DNA of 25,902 nucleotides, taken from the IMG/VR virus record IMGVR_UViG_3300020045_000734, positions 1 to 25,902 of that record; one strand, written 5' to 3'. The notes beneath the pieces are model-generated. The model was not told the origin of the DNA. It ran no database searches and saw only the letters and a list, made by a program, of their open reading frames with translations. Position numbers and translations under genes: made by a program. Source of the stretch: a virus. Taxonomy: Duplodnaviria > Caudoviricetes. Shown in pieces: positions 25,895 to 25,902 of the stretch; within the stretch, counting starts at the first letter, position 1, and each line of letters begins with the position of its first letter.

Positions 25895-25902
25895 TTCGAC
25901 GC
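25782..25902. repeat. 121-bp exact direct repeat, copy 2 (runs to the window end)
   Basis: Identical to 21368-21488 and joined in frame to terminase at the shared D-T codons. Confidence 0.97.

Noticed and set aside
21368-25902. 121-bp repeat pair as a diversity-generating retroelement TR/VR or as terminal repeats/att sites
   Set aside because: The copies are identical with no adenine-specific mismatches, no reverse transcriptase is present, and both lie inside essential coding sequence.
1-25902. CRISPR array, tRNA, rRNA, integrase or transposase
   Set aside because: No regularly spaced repeats, cloverleaf or recombinase/transposase motifs were seen by eye.

Overview
Almost the whole window (about 615-25780) is the minus-strand virion morphogenesis and lysis module of a short-tailed (podovirus-type) phage or prophage, probably infecting a GC-rich proteobacterium (inference). 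Gene order in transcription direction: terminase large subunit (partial), small protein, portal, scaffold, N4-gp56-family major capsid, Zn-finger HNH endonuclease, two putative head proteins, antisense LAGLIDADG endonuclease, adaptor and nozzle, tail fibre genes, lysis cassette (M15 peptidase endolysin, holin-like genes), putative ejection proteins, and a giant DarB-like polyvalent protein. The polyvalent protein is the most interesting feature. It carries a ParB/Srx-like domain, an Acb1-like (anti-CBASS) 2H phosphoesterase and an SF2 helicase. It also hides a 128-aa gene with its own RBS in the +1 frame, and possibly a second 46-aa one. Both window ends look like junctions. The helicase is cut off at about 615 by unrelated hairpin-rich DNA, and the terminase 5' end is replaced by an exact 121-bp copy of scaffold sequence. 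All calls come from motif recognition by eye; no searches were run.
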